Shown here piece after piece: positions 53,901 to 64,000 of a DNA stretch of 64,000 nucleotides (position 1 is the stretch's first letter; the number at the start of each line of letters is the position of its first letter). The stretch lies in assembly GCF_009914755.1 (NCBI RefSeq), contig NC_060943.1; one strand, 5' to 3'. Origin of the DNA: the human T2T-CHM13v2.0 reference genome, Homo sapiens. The notes under the pieces are model-generated. The model was not told the origin of the DNA. It worked only from the letters and a program-made list of their open reading frames with translations, and made no database searches. Both the position numbers and the translations under genes were made by a program.

Positions 53901-54552
53901 GAAACTTTCTTTTGATAGAGCAGTGTTGGAACACACTTTTTGTAGAATCTTCATGTGTTCGTTTGGAGTGCTCTGTTGCCTATGGTGGAAAAAGGAATAT
54001 CTTCACCTAAAAACCAGACAGAAGCATTCTCAGAGACTGCTTTGTGATGTGTGTGTTCAATTCGCAGAGTTGAAAGTTGCTTTGGATAGAGCAGTTTTGA
54101 AACACTGCTTTTGTAGAATCTGCTTGTTGCTATTGGGGGCTCTTTGAGGAATTTGTTGTAAACGGGATATCTTCACATACAAAGTAGACAGAAGCATTCT
54201 CAGAAACTGCTCTGTGATGTGTGCATTCAACTCACAGAGTTGAACCTTCCTTTTGCGAGAGCTGTTTTGAAGCAGTCTTTTTGTGGTATCTGCAATTGGA
54301 TATTTGGATCGATTTGAGGCCTAAGATGGAAAAGGAAATATCTTCACATACAAACTAGACAGAAGCATTCTCAGACACTGCGTTGTGATGTGTGCATTCA
54401 ACTCACAGAGTTGAACCTTCCTTTTGAGAGCAGTTTTGAAACAGTCTTTTTGAAGTATCTGCAAGTGGATGTTTGGAGAGATTTGAGGCCTAAGATGGAA
54501 AAGGATATATCTTCACCTAAAAACTAGGCAGAAGCATTCTCAGAAACTGCTT
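47902..54552 (+). repeat. HOR copy 10: 39-mer expansion variant, 6651 bp (m1-25 joined to m18-32)
   Basis: Anchor spacing 47908 to 54559 = 6651 = 5455 + 1196. The m20/21 marker ORF (MFQNGSLKRKVQ) occurs twice, at 51155 and 52351. Confidence 0.95.
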
Positions 54553-57500
54553 TGTGATGTGGGGATTCAACTCACAGGCTTGAAACTTTCTTTTGATAGA
54601 GCAGGGTTCAAACACACTTTTTGTAGAATCTGCAAGTGTTCATTTGGAGTGCTTTCTTGCCCATGGTGGAAAAAGAAATATCTTCACGTAAAAACTAGAC
54701 AGAAACATTCTCAGAAAATACTTTGTGATGTGGTTGTTCAATTCACAGGGTTGAACCTTTCTTTAGATAAAGCAGTTTTGAAACACTGCTTTTGTAGAAT
54801 CTTCTTGTGGATATTTGGAGCTGTTTGAGGAATTCGTTTTAAACGGGATATCTTCACATTCAAACTAGTCAGAAGCTTTCTCAGAAACTTCTTTGTGATG
54901 TGTGAATTGAATTCACAGAGTTGAATCTTCCTTTTGAGAGAGCCGTTTTGAAACAATCTTTTTGAAGTATCTTCAATTGGATGTTTGTAGTGATTTGAGG
55001 CCTAAGATGGAAAAGGAAATATCTTCACGGCCAAACTTGACAGAAGCTTTCTCAGAATCTGCTTTGTGATGTGTGCATTTACCTCACAGAGTGGAACCGT
55101 CCTTTTGATAGAGCAGTTCTGAAACAGTCTTTTTGTAGGATCTGCGAGTGTTCATTTTGGAGCGCTTTTAAGCCTTTGGCGGAAAAGGAAATATCTTCAC
55201 AAAAAAACTAGACAGAGGCATGCTCAGGAACTTCACTGAGATGTGTGCATTCAAGTAACTGAGTTGAATCTGCCTTTTGATAGAGCAGAATTGAAACACT
55301 CCTTTTGTAGAATCTGCTTGTGGATATTTGGAACTCTTTCAGGAGTTCGTTGGCAGCTGGTATCTTCACAAAAAAAGGAGACCCAAGGATTCTCAAAAAG
55401 TTCCTTGAGATGTGTGCCTTAAACTCACAGACTTCAAACTTTCTTTTGAGAGATCAGTGTTGGAACACGCTTTTTGTAGAATCTGCAAGTGTTCATTTAG
55501 TGCGCTTTGTTGCCTATGGTGGAAAAAGAAATATCTTCAAATGAAAACTAGACAGAAACATTCTCAGAAACTCCTTTGTGAAGTGTGTGTCAAATTCACA
55601 GAATTGAAATATTCCTTTGATAGCGCAGCTTTGAAACACCGCTTTTATAGGATCTGCTTGTGGATATCTGGAGCTCTTTGAGGAATTTGTTGTAAACGGG
55701 ATATCTTCACATACAAAGTAGACAGAAGCATTCTCAGAAACTGCTTTGTGATGTGTGCATTCCAATCACAGACTTCAACCTTTCTTTTGAAAGAGCAGTG
55801 TTCAAACACACATTTTGTAGGATGTGCAAGTGTTCACTTGGAGCGCTTTTTTGCCTATGGTGGAAAAAGAAATATCTTCACATAAATACTAGACAGAAGC
55901 ATTCTCAGAAACGCCTTAGTGATGTGTTTGTTCTATTCAGAGAGTTGAACCTTTCTTTTGATAGAGCAGTTTTGATACACTGCTTCTGTAGAATCTGCTT
56001 GTGGATATTTGGAGCTCTTTGAGGAATTCGTTGTAAACGGGATATCTTCACATACAAACTAGACAGAAGCATTCTCAGAAACTGCTTTGTGGTGTGTGCA
56101 TTCAACTCACAGAGTTGAACCTTCCTTCTGAGAGAGCAGTTTTTAAACAGTCTCTTTGAAATATCTGCAAGTGGATATTTGGAGCGATGGGAAGTCTAAG
56201 TTTGAAAAGGAAATATCCTCACATACAAACTAGACAGAAGCAATCTCATTAACTGCTTTGCGATGTGTGCATTCAGCTCACAGAGTTGAACCTTCCTTTT
56301 GAGAGAGCAGTTTTGAAACAGTTTTTTGTAGTATCCTCAAGTGGATATATGGAGCGATGTGAGGCTTAAGATGGAAACGGGAATATCTTCACATGCAAAC
56401 TAGAAAGAAGCATTCTCAGAAACTGCTTTGTGATGGGTGCATTCAACTCAGAGACTTGAACATTTCTTTAGACGGAGCAGTGTTGAAACACACATATGCA
56501 GAATCTGCAAGAGTTCATTTGGAGCGCTTTGATGCCTATGGTGGAAAAAGAAATATCTTCACATAAAGACTAGAAAGAAGCGTTCTCCGAAACTCCTTTG
56601 TGATATATGTGTTCAGTTCACAGAGTTGAAGCTTTCTTTTGATTGAGCAGTTTTGAAACACTGCTTTTCTAGAATCTGCTTTTGGATATTTGAAGCTCTT
56701 TGACGAATTCGCTGTCAATGTTATATCTTCACATACAAACTAGACAGAAGCATTCTCAGAAACTGCTTTTTGATGTGTGCATTCAACACACGGAGTTGAA
56801 CCTTCCTTCTGAGAACAGTTTTGAAGCAGTCTTTTTGTGGTATCTGCAAGTCGATATTTGGAACGATTTGGGACCTATGAGGGAAAAGGAACTATCTTCA
56901 CGTACAAGCTAGACAGAAGCATTCTCAGAAACTGCTTTGTGATGTGTGCATTCAACACACGGAGTTGAACCTTCCTTCTGAGAGAACGGTTTTCAAACAG
57001 TCTTTTTGTAGTATCTGCAAGTCGATATTTGGAACGATTTGAGGCCTATGAGGGAAAAGGAACTATCTTCACATACAAACTAGACAGAAGCATGCTCAGA
57101 AACTGCTGTGTGATGTGTGCATTCAACTCACAGAGTTGAACCTTCCTTTTGAGAGAGACGTTTTGAAACAGTCTTTTTGTAGTATGTACAGGTGGATATT
57201 TTTGGTGCTTTGAGGTCTAAGATGGAAAAGGAAATACCTTCACATACAAACTAGACAGAAGCATTCTCAGAAACTGCTTTGTGATGTGTGCATTAAACTT
57301 ACAGACTTGAAACCTTATTTTGATAGAGCAGTGTTGAAACACACTTTTTATAGAACCTGCAAGTGTTCATTTGGAGAGCTTTGTTGCCTGTGGTGGAAAA
57401 AGAAATGTGTTCACATACAAACTAGAAAGAAGCCTTCTCAGAAACTCCTTTGAGATGTTTGTGTCTAATTCACAAAGTTGAACCTTTCTTTTGATAGAGC

Positions 57501-60007
57501 AGATTTGAAACACTGCTTTTGTAGAATCTGCTTGCGTGTATTAGGAGGTCTTTGAGGAATTGGGCGTATACGGGATATCTTCACATACAAATTACACAGA
57601 AGCATTCTCAGAAACTGCTCTGTGATGTGTGCATTCAACTCACAGAGTTGAAACTTTCTTTGGAGAAAGCTGTTCTGAAACAGTCTTTTTGTAGTATCTG
57701 CAAGTGGATATTTGGAGCGATTTCAGGCCTATGATGGAAAAGGAAATATGTTCACATACAAACTAGACAGAAGCAATCTCAGAAACTGCTTTGTGATGTG
57801 TGTGTTCAATTCACAGGGTTGACTATTTCTTTTGATTGAGCAGTTTTGAACCACCTGTTTTGTAGAATCTGCTTGTGGATATTTGTAGCTCTTGGAGGAA
57901 TTCTTTGTAAAAGGGATATCTGCACATACACACTAGTCAGAAGCATTCTCAGAAACTTCTTTGTGATGTGTGAATTGAATTCACAGAGTTGAACCTTCCT
58001 TTTGAGAGAGCCGTTTTGAAACAATCTTTTTGAAGTATCTTCAATTGGATGTTTGTAGTGATTTGAGGCCTAAGATGGAAAAGGAAATATCTTCACATAC
58101 AATCTAGACAGAGGCACTCTCAGAAGCTGCTTGGTGATGTCTGCATTCAACTCACAGACTTGAACCCTTGTTTTGAAAGAGCAGTGTTGAAACACACATT
58201 TTGTACGATCTGCAAGTGTTCATTTGGAGCGCTTTTGTGCCTATGGTGGATAAAGAAATATCTTCACATAAATACTAGACAGAAGCATTCTCAGAAACTG
58301 CTTTGTGATGTGTGCATTCAACTCACAGAGTTGAACCTTCCTTTTGAGAGAGAGGTTTTGAAACAGTCTTTTTGTAGTATCTGCAAGTGGATATTTTTAG
58401 TGATTTGAGGTCTAAGATGGAAAAGGAAATACCTTCACCTACAAACTAGACAGAAGCATTCTCAGAAACTGCTTTGTGATGTGTGCATTCAACTTACAGA
58501 CTTGAAACTTTATTTTGATAGAGCAGTGTTGAAACACACTTTTTATAGAATCTGCAAGTGTTCATTTGGAGAGCTTTGTTGCCTCTGGTGGAAAAAGGAA
58601 TATGTTCACATAGAAACTAGAAAGAAGCATTCTCAGAAACTCCTTTTCGATGTTTGTGTCCAATTCACAAAGTTGAACCTTTCTTTTGATAGAGCAGATT
58701 TGAAACACTGCTTTTGTAGACTCTGCTTGCGGATATTTGGAGGTCTTTGAGGAATGGGGCGTATGCGGGAGATCTTCACCTACAAGTTACACAGAAGCAT
58801 TCTCAGAAACTGCTTTGTGATGTGCGCATTCAACTCACAGAGTTGAAACTTTCTTTTGAGAAAGCAGTTTTGAAACAGTCTTTTTATAGTATCTGCAAGT
58901 GGATATTTGCAGCGATTTGAGGCCTATGATGGAAAAGGAAATATGTTCACATACAAACTAGACAGAAGAGTTCTCAGAAACTGCTTTGTGATGTGTGCAT
59001 TCACCTCACAGAGTGGAACCGTTCTTTGGATAGAGCAGTTTTGAAACAGTCTTTCTCTAGTATCTGCAAGTGTTCATTTTGAGCGCTTTGAGGCCCATGA
59101 TGGAAAAGGAAATATTTTCACATAAAAACTAGACAGAAGCTTTCTCAGGAACTTCATTGAGATGTGTGCATTAAAGTAACTGAGTGGAATACGTCTTTTG
59201 ATAGAGCAGTATTGAAACACTTCTTTTGTAGAATCTGCCTGTGGATATCTGGAACTCTTTGAAGAATTCTTTGGAAACGGCTATCTTCACATAAAAAGTA
59301 GACCCAAGCATTCTCAGAAAGTTCTTTGTGATATGTACATTGGACTCCCAGACTTGAACCTTTCTTTTGATACAGCAGTGTTGGAACACACTTTTTGTAG
59401 AATCTTCATGTGTGTGTTTGGAGTGCTTTGTTGCCTATGGTGGAAAAAGGAATATCTTCACCTAAAAACCAGACAGAAGCATTCTCAGAGACTGCTTTGT
59501 GATGTGTGTGTTCAATTCGCAGAGTTGAAAGTTGCTTTGGATAGAGCAGTTTTGAAACACTGCTTTTGTAGAATCTGCTTGTTGCTATTGGGGGCTCTTT
59601 GAGGAATTTGTTGTAAACGGGATATCTTCACATACAAAGTAGACAGAAGCATTCTCAGAAACTGCTCTGTGATGGGTGCATTCAACTCACAGAGTTGAAC
59701 CTTCCTTTTGCGAGAGCTGTTTTGAAGCAGTCTTTTTGTGGTATCTGCAATTGGATATTTGGATCGATTTGAGGCCTAAGATGGAAAAGGAAATATCTTC
59801 ACATACAAACTAGACAGAAGCATTCTCAGACACTGCGTTGTGATGTGTGCATTCAACTCACAGAGTTGAACCTTCCTTTTGAGAGCAGTTTTGAAACAGT
59901 CTTTTTGAAGTATCTGCAAGTGGATGTTTGGAGAGATTTGAGGCCTAAGATGGAAAAGGATATATCTTCACCTAAAAACTAGGCAGAAGCATTCTCAGAA
60001 ACTGCTT
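54553..60007 (+). repeat. HOR copy 11: 32-mer, 5455 bp, with a divergent haplotype in its 3' half
   Basis: Anchor spacing 54559 to 60014 = 5455; many substitutions from ~57200 to 59700 relative to copies 2-7. Confidence 0.95.
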
Positions 60008-63000
60008 TGTGATGTGGGGATTCAACTCACAGGCTTGAAACTTTCTTTTGATAGAGCAGGGTTGAAACACACTTTTTGTAGAATCTGCAAGTGTTCATTT
60101 GGAGTGCTTTCTTGCCCATGGTGGAAAAAGAAATATCTTCATGTAAAAACTAGACAGAAACATTCTCAGAAAATACTTTGTGATGTGGTTGTTCAATTCA
60201 CAGGGTTGAACCTTTCTTTAGATAAAGCAGTTTTGAAACACTGCTTTTGTAGAATCTTCTTGTGGATATTTGGAGCTGTTTGAGGAATTCGTTTTAAACG
60301 GGATATCTTCACATTCAAACTAGTCAGAAGCATTCTCAGAAACTGGTTTGTGATGTGTGCATTCTACTCACAGAGTTGAACCTTCCTTTTGAGAGAGCAG
60401 TTTTGAAACAATCTTTTTGTATTCTCTACAAGTGGATACTTGGAGCAATGGGAGGACTAAGATTGAAAAGGAAATATCTTCACGGCCAAACTTGACAGAA
60501 GCTTTCTCAGAATCTGCTTTGTGATGTGTGCATTTACCTCACAGAGTGGAACCGTCCTTTTGATAGAGCAGTTCTGAAACAGTCTTTTTGTAGGATCTGC
60601 GAGTGTTCATTTTGGAGCGCTTTTAAGCCTTTGGCGGAAAAGGAAATATCTTCACAAAAAAACTAGACAGAGGCATGCTCAGGAACTTCACTGAGATGTG
60701 TGCATTCAAGTAACTGAGTTGAATCTGCCTTTTGATAGAGCAGAATTGAAACACTCCTTTTGTAGAATCTGCTTGTGGATATTTGGAACTCTTTCAGGAG
60801 TTCGTTGGCAGCTGGTATCTTCACAAAAAAAGGAGACCCAAGGATTCTCAAAAAGTTCCTTGAGATGTGTGCCTTAAACTCACAGACTTCAAACTTTCTT
60901 TTGAGAGATCAGTGTTGGAACACGCTTTTTGTAGAATCTGCAAGTGTTCATTTAGTGCGCTTTGTTGCCTATGGTGGAAAAAGAAATATCTTCAAATGAA
61001 AACTAGACAGAAACATTCTCAGAAACTCCTTTGTGAAGTGTGTGTCAAATTCACAGAATTGAAATATTCCTTTGATAGCGCAGCTTTGAAACACCGCTTT
61101 TATAGGATCTGCTTGTGGATATCTGGAGCTCTTTGAGGAATTTGTTGTAAACGGGATATCTTCACATACAAAGTAGACAGAAGCATTCTCAGAAACTGCT
61201 TTGTGATGTGTGCATTCCAATCACAGACTTCAACCTTTCTTTTGAAAGAGCAGTGTTCAAACACACATTTTGTAGCCTGTGCAAGTGTTCACTTGGAGCA
61301 CTTTTTTGCCTATGGTGGAAAAAGAAATATCTTCACATAAATACTAGACAGAAGCATTCTCAGAAACTCCTTTGTGATGTGTTTGTTCTATTCAGAGAGT
61401 TGAACCTTTCTTTTGATAGAGCAGAATTGAAACACTCCTTTTGTAGAATCTGCTTGTGGATATTTGGAGCTCTTTGAGGAATTCGTTGTAAAAGGGATAT
61501 CTTCACATACAAACTAGACAGAAGCATTCTCAGAAACTGCTTTGTGGTGTGTGCATTCAACTCACAGAGGTGAACATTCCTTCTGAGATAGCAGTTTTTA
61601 AACAGTCTCTTTGAAATATCTGCAAGTGGATATTTGGAGCGATGGGAAGTCTAAGATTGAAAAGGAAATATCCTCACATACAAACTAGACAGAAGCAATC
61701 TCATTAACTGCTTTGTGATGTGTGCATTCAGCTCACAGAGTTGAACCTTCCTTTTGAGAGAGCAGTTTTGAAACAGTTTTTTGTAGTATCCTCAAGTGGA
61801 TATATGGAGCGATGTGAGGCTTAAGATGGAAACGGGAATATCTTCACATACAAACTAGATAGAAGCATTCTCAGAAACTGCTTTGTGATGGGTGCATTCA
61901 ACTCAGAGACTTGAACATTTCTTTAGACGGAGCAGTTTGAAACACACATTTGTAGAATCTGCAAGAGTTCATTTGGAGCGCTTTGATGCCTATGGTGGAA
62001 AAAGAAATATCTTCACATAAGCACTACAAAGAAGCGTTCTCCGAAACTCCTTTGTGATATGTGTGTTCAATTCACAGAGTTGAACCTTTCTTTTCATTGA
62101 GCAGTTTTGAAAAACTGCTTTTCTAGAATCTGCTTGTGGATATTTGGAGCTCTTTGAGGAATTCATTGTCAATGGGATATCTTCATATACAAACTAGCCA
62201 GAAGCATTCTCAGAAACTGCTTTGTGATGTGTGCATTCAACACACGGAGTTGAACCTTCCTTCTGAGAGAACAGTTTTCAAACAGTCTTTTTGTAGTATC
62301 TGCAAGTCGCTATTTGGAACGCTATGAGGCCTATGAGGGAAAAGGAACTATCTTCACATACAAACTAGACAGAAGCATGCTCAGAAACTGCTTTGTGATG
62401 TGTGTGTTCAATTCACAGGGTTGACTCTTTCTTTTGATTGAGCAGTTTTGAACAACCTGTTTTGTAGAATCTGCTTGTGGATATTTGTAGCTCTTGGAAG
62501 AATTCATTGTAAAAGGGATATCTTCACATACACACAAGTCAGAAGCATTCTCAGAAACTTCTTTGTGATTGTGAATTGAACTCACAGAGTTGATCCTTCC
62601 TTCTGAGAGAGCCGTTTTGAAACAATCTTTTTGAAGTATCTTCAATTGGATACTTGTAGTGATTTGAGGCCTAAGATGGAAAAGGAAATATCTTCACATA
62701 CAATCTAGACAGAAGCACTCTCAGAAGCTGCTTGGTGATGTCTGCATTCAACTCACAGACTTTAACCCTTGTTTTGAAAGAGCAGTGTTGAAACACACAT
62801 TTTGTAGGATCTGCAAGTGTTCATTTGGAGAGCTTTTGTGCCTATGGTGGAAAAAGCAATATCTTCACATAAATACTAGACAGAAGCATTCTCAGAAACT
62901 GCTTTGTGATGTGTGCATTCAACTCACAGAGTTGAACCTTCCTTTTGAGAGAGAGATTTTGAAACAGTCTTTTTGTAGTATCTGCAAGTGGATATTTTTA

Positions 63001-64000
63001 GTGATTTGAGGTGTAAGATGGAAAAGGAAATACCTTCACCTACAAACTAGACAGAAGCATTCTCAGAAACTGCTTGGTGATGTGTGCATTCAACTCACAG
63101 AGTTGAAACTTTCTTTTGAGAATGCAGTTTTGAAACAGTCTTCTTGTAGTATCTGCAAGTGGATATTTGGAGCGATTTGAGGCCTATGATGGAAAAGGAA
63201 ATATGTTCACATACAAACTAGACACAAGCGTTCTCAGAAACTGCTTTGTGATGTGTGCATTCACCTCACAGAGTGGAACCGTTCTTTGGATAGAGCAGTT
63301 TTGAAACAGTCTTTCTCTAGTATCTGCAAGTGTTCATTTTGAGCGCTTTGAGGCCCATGATGGAAAAGTTAATATTTTCACATAAACCTAGACAGAAGCT
63401 TTCTCAGGAATTTCATTGAGATGTGTGCATTAAGGTAACTGATTTGAATACGTCTTTTGATAGAGCAGTATTGAAACACTTCTTTTGTATAATCTGCCTG
63501 TGGATATCTGGAACTCTTTGAAGAATTCTTTGGAAACGCTATCTTCACATAAAAACTAGACCCAAGCATTCTCAGAAAGTTCTTTGTGATATGTACATTG
63601 GACTCCCAGACTTGAACCTTTCTTTTGATAGAGCAGTGCTGGAACACACTTTTTGTAGAATCTTCATGTGTTCGTCTGGAGTGCTTTGTTGCCTATGGTA
63701 GAAAAAGGAATATCTTCACCTAAAAACAAGACAGAAGCATTCTCAGAGACTGCTTTGTGATGTGTGTGTTCAATTCGCTGAGTTGAATGTTCCTTTTGAT
63801 AGAGCAGTTTTGAAACACTGCTTTTGTAGAATCTGCTTGTTGATATTGGGGGCTCTATGAGGAATTTGTTGTAAACGGGATATCTTCACATACAAAGTAG
63901 ACAGAAGCATTCTCAGAAACTGCTCTGTGATGTGTGCATTCAACTCACAGAGTTGAACCTTCCTTTTGCGAGAGCTGTTTTGAAGCAGTCTTTTTGTGGT
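60008..64000 (+). repeat. HOR copy 12 (truncated by window end): diverged alternative 25-mer (m1-13, a single m14/15, m20-23, m26-31...)
   Basis: The m29 marker ATGTACATTGGACTC lies at 59333 and 63591, a spacing of 4258. Monomer order was read from diagnostic motifs; substitutions are dense after ~61275. Confidence 0.88.

Larger units (their letters stand above)
1..64000 (+). repeat. Alpha-satellite (alphoid) HOR array, SF5-like with irregular A/B monomer alternation, primate (probably human or great ape) centromeric/pericentromeric DNA
   Basis: Conserved alphoid motifs (AAACTAGACAGAAGCATTCTCAGAAACTGCTTTGTGATGTGTGCATTCAACTCACAGAGTTGAACC; GCAGTTTTGAAAC; GGATATTTGGAG; ATATCTTCACAT) recur every ~169-172 bp in one orientation throughout. 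ORF-track entries recur at 5455-bp spacing. Both pJalpha-type (CCTATGGTGGAAAA(G/A)GAA) and CENP-B-box-type monomers are present. The SF5 label is an inference; no chromosome assignment was made. Confidence 0.99.

Noticed and set aside
7-63647. Many 60-104 aa ORFs on both strands, rich in Cys, Phe, Lys and Leu
   Set aside because: They are translations of alphoid monomers. They recur with the HOR period, mostly use GTG/TTG starts, have no recognisable domain, and are gained or lost through single SNPs.
1-64000. CRISPR-like pattern of a conserved ~35-bp motif separated by variable sequence
   Set aside because: The intervening ~135 bp segments are homologous to each other and repeat in a fixed HOR order. 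There are no unique spacers, leader or cas genes.
1-64000. Possible Alu, L1 or other insertion, inversion, or hidden non-satellite cassette
   Set aside because: Monomer phase and strand are continuous, and all anchor spacings equal whole numbers of monomers (25, 32, 39), leaving no room for an insert. I saw no poly-A tail or target-site duplication.
1-64000. Assignment to a specific named HOR, chromosome or species (e.g. DYZ3 or an SF5 array of human chr5/7/19)
   Set aside because: DYZ3 is excluded because it lacks CENP-B boxes and has a different unit length. A specific name cannot be supported without searching T2T HOR catalogues.

Overview
The whole 64 kb is one uninterrupted, single-orientation array of primate centromeric alpha-satellite (~171-bp monomers, about 375 of them). 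It is organised as higher-order repeats (HORs). I see no protein-coding gene, RNA gene, transposon or CRISPR array; the listed ORFs are translations of the satellite. Using TGTGATGTGGGGATTCAAC as an anchor, HOR copies start at 1, 4261, 9716, 15171, 20626, 26081, 31536, 36991, 42446, 47902, 54553 and 60008. The main unit is a 5455-bp 32-mer. Variants are a 4260-bp 25-mer (copy 1), a 6651-bp 39-mer (copy 10) and a structurally different, diverged ~4258-bp 25-mer at the 3' end. Monomer numbers m1-m32 are my own, counted from the anchor. A-type and B-type monomers alternate irregularly, as in SF5 (R1/R2) alpha-satellite, and only 2 intact CENP-B boxes remain per HOR. I find no new biological system. 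The value of the window is as a readable record of satellite evolution: reciprocal +/-7-monomer recombinants, a 6.65-kb tandem duplication, out-of-register monomer conversion, nested ancestral periodicities, and divergence rising toward what looks like the array edge. All comparisons were made by eye, without alignment tools.
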